Shown here one piece after another: positions 19,441 through 27,421 of a stretch of DNA of 64,000 nucleotides. This DNA comes from Minisyncoccota bacterium (lineage in GTDB: Bacteria; Patescibacteriota; Minisyncoccia; Phycocordibacterales; Phycocordibacteraceae). The notes beneath the pieces were generated by a model that did no database searches, was not told the origin of the DNA, and saw nothing but the letters and a program-made list of their open reading frames with translations. The DNA is taken from assembly GCA_028695415.1 (NCBI GenBank), contig JAQVIY010000003.1:47132-111131 (forward strand), read 5' to 3'. A program made the position numbers and the translations under genes. Position 1 is the first letter of the stretch. Every line of letters starts with the position of its first letter.

Positions 19441-19521
19441 ATGAGACGAGCTTTTTACGGCTTACACCAGCAAGTAATTGCCGGTCATTTTTACAATTAG
19501 GCCGTAAAACGCTCGTCTCAT
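19441..19521 (+). promoter_or_regulatory. long hairpin (21-bp stem, 39-nt loop) in the 5' leader of the DGR target gene
   Basis: ATGAGACGAGCTTTTTACGGC ... GCCGTAAAACGCTCGTCTCAT with one mismatch. Ends 33 nt before the AAGGAG RBS and the ATG at 19562. Confidence 0.4.
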
Positions 19522-19561
19522 TCGAGACAAGTCGCTAGTCCCGACGGTTCGGGCAAGGAGA

Positions 19562-20359
19562 ATGATGATGACCGCGAGGATCACATCAGAGCAAGAGAAG
19601 CAATTCAATCGTTTCGTCGAGGACGCCATCAGCAAGGCGCGCAAAGAAGTCGATCCCGACAAGGATGGCCTCCAGCGGCTCATCGAGCGTGGGGGCGAGT
19701 TCCAGGCTTACGTCGTGGCTGGCATTGCACGTTTCGCTGCAAAAGCACCGGACTACGACCTGGCTCGAACCATTCTCGGCAAGGATTTCATTTCTCCCGA
19801 GGATATCATGAAGTCGCGCAGGGGGTTCATCTACACGGACGATCAGCTCGCGCAGTACGGCGACACTGTGCCTTCGCAAGAAGTGCTTGAGTGGTGTCGC
19901 GACAACGACTACATGCTCGTCGCTGGCCCCAACCGCCCTATGTCGCTCCTCGATGTCCGCGATCTCAAGCGCGACCACTTCTACTCGAAGGAAGGCGGCT
20001 GGTACGCGGAGCAGAAGTTCGCGGAGAACGACAAGGTTGATACTCGATGGGTCATGCTTCGCAAAGGGCCGGTTCTCAATTCGACCTCGAAGAACTGGAA
20101 TGAGCAGCAGACTCTCCTGTCCGAGACCGAGGTGACGCCCAACGTCGCCGGAGTCGCCTGGTGCGTTACCACGTACAAGGCGGTCAGGAACGTCTACTTG
20201 CTTCCGGGTGTCTACGTCCGCACTTCTTCGCTGGACTCGGACGGCGTTCGTGTGAGCGTCGGCAGCTTCGATGCCAGGGGTCTCCGCGTCAGCGGCGGCT
20301 GGGGCGGCCGCCGCGGCGATGGCCTCGGTCTCGCGTCTTCCCGGAAGACTGAAACTTGA
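19562..20359 (+). CDS. DGR variable (target) protein; C-terminal 38 codons form the variable repeat
   Basis: 265 aa with an AAGGAG RBS. 3' end carries the VR. Coding frame places TR adenines in AAC codons (NVNNNWDDNRS in TR versus RVSGGWGGRRG in VR). C-terminal DGLGLASSR tail could be the end of a C-type-lectin-fold ligand-binding domain. Confidence 0.75.
   Translation: MMMTARITSEQEKQFNRFVEDAISKARKEVDPDKDGLQRLIERGGEFQAYVVAGIARFAAKAPDYDLARTILGKDFISPEDIMKSRRGFIYTDDQLAQYGDTVPSQEVLEWCRDNDYMLVAGPNRPMSLLDVRDLKRDHFYSKEGGWYAEQKFAENDKVDTRWVMLRKGPVLNSTSKNWNEQQTLLSETEVTPNVAGVAWCVTTYKAVRNVYLLPGVYVRTSSLDSDGVRVSVGSFDARGLRVSGGWGGRRGDGLGLASSRKTET
20231..20344 (+). repeat. DGR variable repeat (VR), 114 bp
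   Basis: Differs from the TR at 16 positions. Every one of them is an adenine in the TR. The 3'-terminal 27 bp GATGGCCTCGGTCTCGCGTCTTCCCGG are identical to the TR (IMH-like). Confidence 0.85.
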
Positions 20360-20389
20360 TCTCTTGAGGACTTGTTCCTCTTGAATCCT

Positions 20390-20417
20390 CGACCACTTGC
20401 GCTTGCGCAAGTGGTCG
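20390..20417 (+). terminator. GC-rich hairpin 46 bp downstream of VR (terminator and/or DGR cis element)
   Basis: CGACCACTTGC-GCTTGC-GCAAGTGGTCG followed by a TTTTCTTT run. Confidence 0.55.
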
Positions 20418-20712
20418 TTTTCTTTGATATACTATTACGTATCACGCTAATGAAGGTCGGGTTACGGTTCGACCTCGCGGGATGTCTCACTTGAGATTCG
20501 CCAGAGTATCGTCGATCCACGGGTCACGATAGTGTGCGAAACAGGATAGAGATTCTAACTTCTTGCCCATTTTTTGAGAAGGTGTCCCTCGGGGCTGCTT
20601 CCGCAATACATTCAAGATTGAGAGGATATAGGCATGTGGCATAAGGCTCTGCGGTAACCCTCAAAGTCTGGTGCCGCGCACAAGCGGGTTATAGATGGAA
20701 ATGGGTAAACAA

Positions 20713-20826
20713 CTGGACTCGGACGGCAATCGTGTGAACGTCGGCAGCTTCGATGCCAAGGGTCTCAACGTCAACAACAACTGGGACGACAACCGCAGCG
20801 ATGGCCTCGGTCTCGCGTCTTCCCGG
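20713..20826 (+). repeat. DGR template repeat (TR), 114 bp, non-coding
   Basis: 24 adenines, 16 of them substituted in the VR. No non-adenine differences. The overlapping +strand ORF 20695-21024 is judged an artefact. Confidence 0.85.
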
Positions 20827-20846
20827 CAGTCGTTTCTCTATCTCGA

Positions 20847-20870
20847 AGAGACTCGCTCATGCGAGTCTCT
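20847..20870 (+). other. perfect 10-bp-stem hairpin 20 nt downstream of TR (overlaps the avd stop on the opposite strand)
   Basis: AGAGACTCGC-TCAT-GCGAGTCTCT followed by ATCGTTCTTT. Confidence 0.5.
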
Positions 20871-21222
20871 ATCGTTCTTTAGTAGAGCGAATCCAACCGC
20901 CGAGCATACGGCCAATCTCGTCAATATGAGTCTCAAGAACAAGATACTTCTTGTTGTCAATAGTCCTCATATCTTTCGTGAGGCGTATGAGAACGCGGAG
21001 CACATTCAACTGCACGCTTGCTGATTCAAGTACTGGCAATTTCTCCACTTTCCCCGATTGACTTGCAAGAAGTATCGCTTCAAGCACATCAAGAATACAA
21101 TTCTCACAACGTTGCCAGATTGTATATCGATCTTGCTTCGAAACATCACCGCGGTATCCGTAGAACGTCTTATACAGGTCGTAACACTTCTTAAAAATCG
21201 GTATATCTAGATTGTTAATCAT
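20869..21222 (-). CDS. avd: Avd-like accessory variability determinant (four-helix-bundle / 23S-rRNA-intervening-sequence protein family)
   Basis: 117 aa, helical and basic. The ...KQDRYTIWQRCEN... and C-terminal ...IDEIGRMLGGWIRS motifs match the Avd/four-helix-bundle family pattern. Sits between TR and RT. Start codon is back-to-back with the RT start (CATATG). Confidence 0.6.
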   Translation of the reverse strand: MINNLDIPIFKKCYDLYKTFYGYRGDVSKQDRYTIWQRCENCILDVLEAILLASQSGKVEKLPVLESASVQLNVLRVLIRLTKDMRTIDNKKYLVLETHIDEIGRMLGGWIRSTKER

Positions 21223-22299
21223 ATGAAGGTGTATAGGAACTTATTTGAATCAATAATCTCGACAGAGAATCTGTTCGAGGCGTGGGACGTGTTCAAACGC
21301 GACAAGAGGAATAGACCAGATGTCGAAAGATTCGAGAAGAATATCGAGCAAGAAGTATTCAATCTTTCGCATGAGCTTCGTACAAAAACGTATTGGCATG
21401 GGTCGTACTATGCTTTTCTGATTCGCGATCCAAAATTACGGAATATCAATAAGGCAACGGTGCGCGACCGAGTTCTGCATCATGCGATATTTAAGATTTT
21501 GAATCCTATTTTTGAACCAACCTTTATACTGACCTCCTTTTCTTGTCGTATCGGAAAAGGGACGCATAAGGGAGTGGAGTATTTGGCGAATTCGTTGCGG
21601 GCGGTGAGTCAGAATAATATCCATTCTTGTTTCGCATTGAAGTGCGATGTACGTAAGTTCTTCGACAGTATTGATCACGAAACCCTTCTCGGGGTTCTTA
21701 GGAGAAGGATTCTTGATGAAGACACGCTCTGGTTGCTCGATAATGTTATTAATAGTTACGAGACGGGCTTTACGAGAGAGAGAGAGAGAGAGAGAGAGAG
21801 TAAAAATGCGCCGAAAAAAGGCGTACCCATCGGCAATCTCACGAGCCAGCTTTTTGCCAATATCTATATGAATGAGTTGGATCAATTTGTGAAGCATGAA
21901 TTGCGAGTGAAATATTATGCGCGGTATACGGATGACTTTGTAATCCTATCAGATGACCGGGCATATCTAGAGAGTCTTATTCCGCAAATAGCAGGATTCT
22001 TGAAAACGCGATTGTCACTGTCGCTCCACCCAGACAAAGTCTTCATTCGGAAATACAATCAGGGTATAGACTTCCTCGGCTACGTCATTTTGCCGAAACA
22101 TGTAAGAGTGCGGACTCAGACGCGAAGACGGATTTTCAAAAAGATGCGTAAACAGGTTGTTTTGTTCAAGAACGGAATCATCGGTAAACCGACGTTGCTT
22201 GGTTCCTTAAACTCATATCTCGGCGTGTTATCTCATGCAGATGCCTACGAGCTGTCCGAAGATCTCAAAAATCAATTCTGGTTCTGGATGAACGATTAA
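21223..22299 (+). CDS. DGR reverse transcriptase
   Basis: 358 aa. RT motif C YTDDFVIL. The DGR-diagnostic IGNLTSQLFANIYMNELDQFVK motif (IGxxxSQ replaces the group-II QGxxxSP). N-terminal ENLFEAWDVFKRDKRN region matches the DGR RT pattern. Adjacent to TR and avd. Confidence 0.9.
   Translation: MKVYRNLFESIISTENLFEAWDVFKRDKRNRPDVERFEKNIEQEVFNLSHELRTKTYWHGSYYAFLIRDPKLRNINKATVRDRVLHHAIFKILNPIFEPTFILTSFSCRIGKGTHKGVEYLANSLRAVSQNNIHSCFALKCDVRKFFDSIDHETLLGVLRRRILDEDTLWLLDNVINSYETGFTRERERERESKNAPKKGVPIGNLTSQLFANIYMNELDQFVKHELRVKYYARYTDDFVILSDDRAYLESLIPQIAGFLKTRLSLSLHPDKVFIRKYNQGIDFLGYVILPKHVRVRTQTRRRIFKKMRKQVVLFKNGIIGKPTLLGSLNSYLGVLSHADAYELSEDLKNQFWFWMND
21774..21800 (+). repeat. (GA)13 dinucleotide microsatellite inside the RT ORF (encodes RERERERES)
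   Basis: 27 nt of uninterrupted GA repeats read directly from the sequence. In frame as written. Confidence 0.95.
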
Positions 22300-22335
22300 A
22301 TTCCTATTTATCCAAAAATACGCTAGGGTGGTCTG

Positions 22336-23853
22336 ATGGCACGAGAAGAAAGCGTCATCAGTTTTGAGGAGGTCTCCTTTGAATACGGGCACAATAAACC
22401 CATCTTAGATGAGGTCTCTTTCACGCTGCGCCGCGGGATGAAGATGGCAGTGATGGGGCAGAACGGCGCGGGGAAGTCGACCCTCTTCTCCTTGATGACG
22501 GGCGAGAAGAAGCCCGAGAACGGTGAGATACATATGAGTCACGGAATGAAAGTGGCGCTGGCATCGCAAGTGATTCCGCGCGAGAAGATGGGGCTCTCGG
22601 TGCGCGATTTCTTCGCTTCGTATTTTGATAAAAAAGTGTATAACATCGACCCGAAGATCGATGCGGTGCTTGAGGTAGTAAATCTCGAACATTACCACAA
22701 GGGCACTTCTATTTCTCTAAGCCCGAGTACAGGCGAGAGAAATAAGTCGCACCAAAAATTGCACGATAGGGAGGTGAAGACCTTCTCTGGCGGTCAGCAA
22801 GCGCGTCTCCTCTTAGCCTCGGCGCTCATACAGGAGCCTGATCTCTTGCTTCTTGACGAGCCGACGAACAATTTGGATAAGGCCGGTATCGAACACCTCA
22901 CCAAATTCCTCGTGGGTTATACGGGGACGGTCGTCGTGATCTCGCATGACGCGGAGTTCTTGAACGCCTTCACTACCGGCGTACTCTACCTCGACATCTT
23001 CACGCGGAAGATTGAGCAATACCCGGGCAACTATCACGATGTGCAGCGCGATATTCTCATTCGTATTGAGAAAGAAAACAGAAAGAACGCCCAGCTCGAG
23101 AAGAAAATTCAAGAGAATAAAGACAAGGCGAACTTCTTTGCTCAGAAGGGAGGCAAGATGCGTCTCGTCGCGAAGAAGATGCGTACCGAGGTCGAAGAGA
23201 TGGAAGGAGAAATCGTGGATGTGCGCAAGGAGGACAAGACCATTCGACCGTTTGCGATACCCGCACAAGAAGAGTTGAGCGGGGTCGTCTTCGCGCTCGA
23301 GTCGTATACGCTCCCGCATGGCAAGAAGCCCCTGAAGAAGAAGGCACATGTCTCGCTTCGTAAGAATGAACACCTCCTTCTCAAAGGTCCGAACGGCATC
23401 GGCAAATCGACTCTGCTTGAAGCGGTAGCGAAAGGCGTTGCCGAGGGTGCAACGATATCTGAGGACGTAAAGGTCGGCTACTACCGACAGGATTTCTCTA
23501 CGCTCGATTTCAATAAGACCGTGTATGACACGCTTATGGAAAACATGGGACAGCCGGACGAAAAGCGCATGCGCACCGTCGCCGCCGGATTCCTGATCAC
23601 GGGAGATACTATATATACGAAGATCGGCAGTCTCTCGGAGGGACAGAAAGGGTTAGTCGCCTTCGCCTCGCTTGTCTTGGAACGCCCCGGACTCCTCATT
23701 CTCGATGAACCGACCAACCATATCAACTTCCGCCATCTGCCGCTTATCGCGAAAGCGCTCGATCAGTATGCAGGTGCGATGATACTCGTCTCGCACGTCC
23801 CTGAATTCGTTTCTCAGATACGCATCGACGATGTGCTCGATCTAGAGAAATAG
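22336..23853 (+). CDS. ABC-F family ATPase (two tandem ABC domains, no TM domain; EttA/Uup-like)
   Basis: Two Walker A motifs (GQNGAGKST, GPNGIGKST) and two ABC signature regions (FSGGQQARLLLAS and a degenerate second signature LSEGQKGLVAFAS). Inter-domain linker present. 505 aa. Confidence 0.85.
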   Translation: MAREESVISFEEVSFEYGHNKPILDEVSFTLRRGMKMAVMGQNGAGKSTLFSLMTGEKKPENGEIHMSHGMKVALASQVIPREKMGLSVRDFFASYFDKKVYNIDPKIDAVLEVVNLEHYHKGTSISLSPSTGERNKSHQKLHDREVKTFSGGQQARLLLASALIQEPDLLLLDEPTNNLDKAGIEHLTKFLVGYTGTVVVISHDAEFLNAFTTGVLYLDIFTRKIEQYPGNYHDVQRDILIRIEKENRKNAQLEKKIQENKDKANFFAQKGGKMRLVAKKMRTEVEEMEGEIVDVRKEDKTIRPFAIPAQEELSGVVFALESYTLPHGKKPLKKKAHVSLRKNEHLLLKGPNGIGKSTLLEAVAKGVAEGATISEDVKVGYYRQDFSTLDFNKTVYDTLMENMGQPDEKRMRTVAAGFLITGDTIYTKIGSLSEGQKGLVAFASLVLERPGLLILDEPTNHINFRHLPLIAKALDQYAGAMILVSHVPEFVSQIRIDDVLDLEK

Positions 23854-23868
23854 AACGGGTCGTCTGGC

Positions 23869-25056
23869 TTAGGCGGTGATGCTCGCAGCCGATTCTTTTA
23901 GCACGGCGGCAGGCCGGTAGTAGCGGAACATGAACCATCCGGCGCCAAGTGCGCCGAAGGCGCACATGATGAGCGTGACACGCGGCGATATCCCAAGAGC
24001 GATGATGCCCGCTGCAATCAGAAGTCCGGCAACTGCTCCGATATCCCAACTCGTCTCGTGGTGCCACGCCGCTTTGAGCGGATATCCGCTTTCTCGGATG
24101 CATCCGTATGACATCTGCGAGTGCGCCATGTAGTAGGCGACCGAAGCGATGCTGGCGAGCACATTGAAGCCGATGATAGCCTCGGGTGTAACGCCAAAGA
24201 TCGCTCTGCCGGTAAGATCGACGAACATAAGCAGTGCACCGGTAGCCGCGAGCCAGTGTTTCGGGATGGCGTCAAAATGTTTCCCAAGCAGATAGTCCCC
24301 GAGCGCATACAAAAGAGCAGCGATAGCTAAGAGCACGCCGAAGCCTAGGAAATCCGAATCCGCTGCAGTGAACAGCACGATCGGCCACATAATACCCATG
24401 CCTGCCGAGAAGAAGCCTTCTGCGATCAGGATGCCTCGCAAACGCGCGATGGATTCCGCACGAGGTTCCGGTCGTTCGTCCTTGTGCGCTGGTGGTTGTT
24501 TCGGAAGGGCGAAGAGGGGGATGCAGGAGAATAGTGCGAAGAGAGCACCCGCGCCAAACGAGAGCAGCGCGCCATGCGTGGCAAGCAGATACCCGCTTAC
24601 GACACTGCCGAGCACTTGTACTACCTGAGCGAGCGCTTCTCTCGTGCCGAAGTTTGCTGCCCCGCCTGTTCTGCCCATAACGCTGACCCAATAAGCGTGG
24701 TAGTAGGTGAAATATATCGATTCGGCAAGCGCGAAGGAGAAGATGAAGACGAACAGCCAGGCTCCGAAAGTGTGCACGGGAAATGCGGCGAGATAGCGGA
24801 AAGGGAACAGAAGCGTACCGATGATGAGGCCGTTCCTGAGGTCAGTACGCTCCATGAGCGGGAGTAAGAGCTTGCGCAAGGTGAAGCGCAGCGCAAAAAC
24901 GCCTGCCATGGTAAGCGCAAGATCTAGGAACGTGAAGCCTTGCTTATAGAAATAGGCCAGGAAGAATGATCCGGCACATACTTCACCGAGCGTTTTCAGG
25001 GAATTGTGGAGATAAAAGAATTCGAGCGAGCGGTTGTCTTGCATGGCCCGTATCAT
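23869..25056 (-). CDS. MFS-type transporter (12 predicted TM helices)
   Basis: 395 aa polytopic membrane protein with a two-fold repeat architecture. Confidence 0.6.
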   Translation of the reverse strand: MIRAMQDNRSLEFFYLHNSLKTLGEVCAGSFFLAYFYKQGFTFLDLALTMAGVFALRFTLRKLLLPLMERTDLRNGLIIGTLLFPFRYLAAFPVHTFGAWLFVFIFSFALAESIYFTYYHAYWVSVMGRTGGAANFGTREALAQVVQVLGSVVSGYLLATHGALLSFGAGALFALFSCIPLFALPKQPPAHKDERPEPRAESIARLRGILIAEGFFSAGMGIMWPIVLFTAADSDFLGFGVLLAIAALLYALGDYLLGKHFDAIPKHWLAATGALLMFVDLTGRAIFGVTPEAIIGFNVLASIASVAYYMAHSQMSYGCIRESGYPLKAAWHHETSWDIGAVAGLLIAAGIIALGISPRVTLIMCAFGALGAGWFMFRYYRPAAVLKESAASITA

Positions 25057-25144
25057 ACCTCAGAGCAGAAGTCTCTCATATGCGGCCTGCGACGGACGGC
25101 GGATAACACCTCCTCTGTGTGTGCGGTGCGGTATAGTGGGAGTA

Positions 25145-26527
25145 ATGACAGAGTCGCACGGATTTGAAAAAGGATTCGAGAAAGCATTCGAGGTGCCGGC
25201 TGAGGCGCTCGAAAGGGGTATCGAATTCGCAGAGAAGGAGGAGAAAACGCTCATCAGTAAGAAGCCCTTCAGGCTCGCGGAGGAATACTGGGATACGCTC
25301 GGTCCGGGGCTCACCACCGGCGCAGCTGATGACGACCCCTCGGGTATCGCAACGTACTCGCAGGCGGGCGCGAGATATGGGCTTCAGCTCATCTGGTTCT
25401 CGCTCTTTACGTACCCCTTCATGGCGACCGTGCAGGAGATGTGTGCGCGTATCGGTATCGTGAGCGGACAGGGGCTCGCCGCCAACATTCGCCGCCATTA
25501 CGCCGCACGTACGCTCTATGTTGTTACCCTGCTTCTCTTCTTCGCGAATGCGCTCAACATCGCCGCCGACCTCGGTGCGATGTCGGCGGCAACGCGCCTC
25601 CTGCTCCCGGATATGGGGTTCGAATTGCTCGTTATCGTCTTCGCACTTCTCTCGCTCGGGCTCCAGATATTTACTACCTATGCGCGATATGCGAAGTACC
25701 TGAAGTATCTGACGCTTGCGCTCCTCTCGTATGTCGCAGTGGCATTTTCAGTCGGGCTCGATTGGGGTGATGTGCTCCGGCACACGCTTGTCCCCTCGAT
25801 GACATTCTCGAAAGAGCAGATATTCCTCATCTGCGGCATCCTCGGTACGACTATCTCGCCGTACCTCTTCTTCTGGCAGACCTCCCAAGAGGTCGAAGAG
25901 CGGATACTGAAGGGCGAAAGTACCGTTGAGGAGCGCCGCGCTCAAGTGAGTTCACAAACGATACGTCGGATGCGCACGGATGTATGGAGCGGGATGCTCT
26001 TCTCAAATCTCATCACCTTCTTTATCTTCGCCGCGACGGCCGGCACGCTCTACGCACACGGGATTACTAACATCGCCACCGCCGATCAGGCCGCGCTCGC
26101 GCTGAAGCCCTTCGGTGAATTCGCCTTCCTCCTCTTCGCCGCCGGCATTGTGGGCACCGGTCTTCTCGCGGTACCGGTACTCGCCGGCTCGACAGCGTAC
26201 GCTCTCTCTGAGAGTTTTGGTTGGAAGAATGGCCTCTACCACAAACTCAATCAGGCCTATGCCTTCTACGGCGTCATTATCATCTCGATGCTTATCGGTA
26301 TCGCCGCAAACTTTGCGCACTTTGACCCGATACAGATGCTGGTGTATGCCGCCGTCGCGAATGGCGTGATAGCGCCGGTGATTCTCTTCTTCGTCGTGCG
26401 CCTCTCAAGCAACGCACATATCATGGGCGAATATGTGAACCGCCCGTTCGTTTCGAAGCTCGGCTGGATGACTATCGGCTTCATGGCGCTCTCCGGCATC
26501 GCTGCCGTCGCGACGATGTTCATGTAA
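25145..26527 (+). CDS. mntH: NRAMP-family divalent metal (Mn2+/Fe2+) transporter
   Basis: GPGLTTGAADDDPSGIATYSQAG matches the NRAMP DPGN/consensus transport motif. About 460 aa polytopic. Start taken at the MTESHG ATG 25145. Confidence 0.8.
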   Translation: MTESHGFEKGFEKAFEVPAEALERGIEFAEKEEKTLISKKPFRLAEEYWDTLGPGLTTGAADDDPSGIATYSQAGARYGLQLIWFSLFTYPFMATVQEMCARIGIVSGQGLAANIRRHYAARTLYVVTLLLFFANALNIAADLGAMSAATRLLLPDMGFELLVIVFALLSLGLQIFTTYARYAKYLKYLTLALLSYVAVAFSVGLDWGDVLRHTLVPSMTFSKEQIFLICGILGTTISPYLFFWQTSQEVEERILKGESTVEERRAQVSSQTIRRMRTDVWSGMLFSNLITFFIFAATAGTLYAHGITNIATADQAALALKPFGEFAFLLFAAGIVGTGLLAVPVLAGSTAYALSESFGWKNGLYHKLNQAYAFYGVIIISMLIGIAANFAHFDPIQMLVYAAVANGVIAPVILFFVVRLSSNAHIMGEYVNRPFVSKLGWMTIGFMALSGIAAVATMFM

Positions 26528-26537
26528 CCCTCTACCT

Positions 26538-27299
26538 ATGGAACAAAAATCAATCACGGAAGCGCTTGATCTCTCGGGAAAGGTCGCCATTGTCACGGGC
26601 GGTGCGGCGGGCATCGGCTACGCGATAGCAGAAAGACTCGCCGAGGCTGGAGCGAAAGTACTCATCGCTGATAAGAATGAGGAAGTGGCGCACGCCGCCG
26701 CCGCGAAACTCCCCGGTACCGGTATCGCCTCCGTCTGCGATGTCTCCGACGAGACGCAAGTGGAGGCGATGGTCGCGCATGCCGTTCGCGAGTTCGGTGG
26801 TATCGATATTCTCGTCAATAACGCGGGTATCTATCCTTTCAAATCAGTCATGGAAGCGACCAAAGAAGACTTTGAAAAGGTCATCCACACCAATCTCAAA
26901 GGCGCATTCTTCGCGGCGCGTGCGGCGGCGAAAGAGATGATAGCGCAAGGGAAGGGAGGCACGATCATAAACATCACTTCCGTCGACGCTCTCCATCCGT
27001 CATCGGTCGGGCTCGCGTTCTATGACGCGAGCAAGCACGGGCTCTGGGGCTTCACCAAGAATCTCGCGCTTGAGCTCGCGCCGCACCACATCCGCGTAAA
27101 TGCCATCGCTCCCGGCGTCGTCGCGACGCCGGGAACCGAGATGGGGAAGGCGGCAGATGCGCTTATCGGGAAGATACCGATGCACCGACTCGCCGATGCC
27201 GATGAGATAGGGAAGGCGGCGCTCTTCCTCGCCTCTGATCTTTCCTCCTATATGACCGGTTCGCAGGTCGTCGTCGACGGCGGCATCCTGCTTGCGTAA
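26538..27299 (+). CDS. SDR-family oxidoreductase (FabG-like)
   Basis: TGGAAGIG cofactor motif. Catalytic YDASK (YxxxK). NNAG motif. 253 aa. Confidence 0.85.
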   Translation: MEQKSITEALDLSGKVAIVTGGAAGIGYAIAERLAEAGAKVLIADKNEEVAHAAAAKLPGTGIASVCDVSDETQVEAMVAHAVREFGGIDILVNNAGIYPFKSVMEATKEDFEKVIHTNLKGAFFAARAAAKEMIAQGKGGTIINITSVDALHPSSVGLAFYDASKHGLWGFTKNLALELAPHHIRVNAIAPGVVATPGTEMGKAADALIGKIPMHRLADADEIGKAALFLASDLSSYMTGSQVVVDGGILLA

Positions 27300-27421
27300 T
27301 ACGCCCCGTATTGTATTATTGAGCCATCGCCCACGGGCCCGTACACTAAGTCCCGCACTACGCGGAGCGTGTGGTTGAGGACCGATACGAAACTTAGTGT
27401 CCGGGCGGGCATTTTTTATTT

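Noticed and set aside
19586-20410. 274-aa minus-strand ORF antisense to the DGR target gene
   Set aside because: The +strand ORF has an AAGGAG RBS, and the AAC-codon logic of the VR/TR only works in the +strand frame.
20695-21024. 109-aa +strand ORF starting just before the template repeat
   Set aside because: Its N-terminal half is the DGR TR, which is non-coding in known systems. The remainder is antisense to the Avd-like gene.
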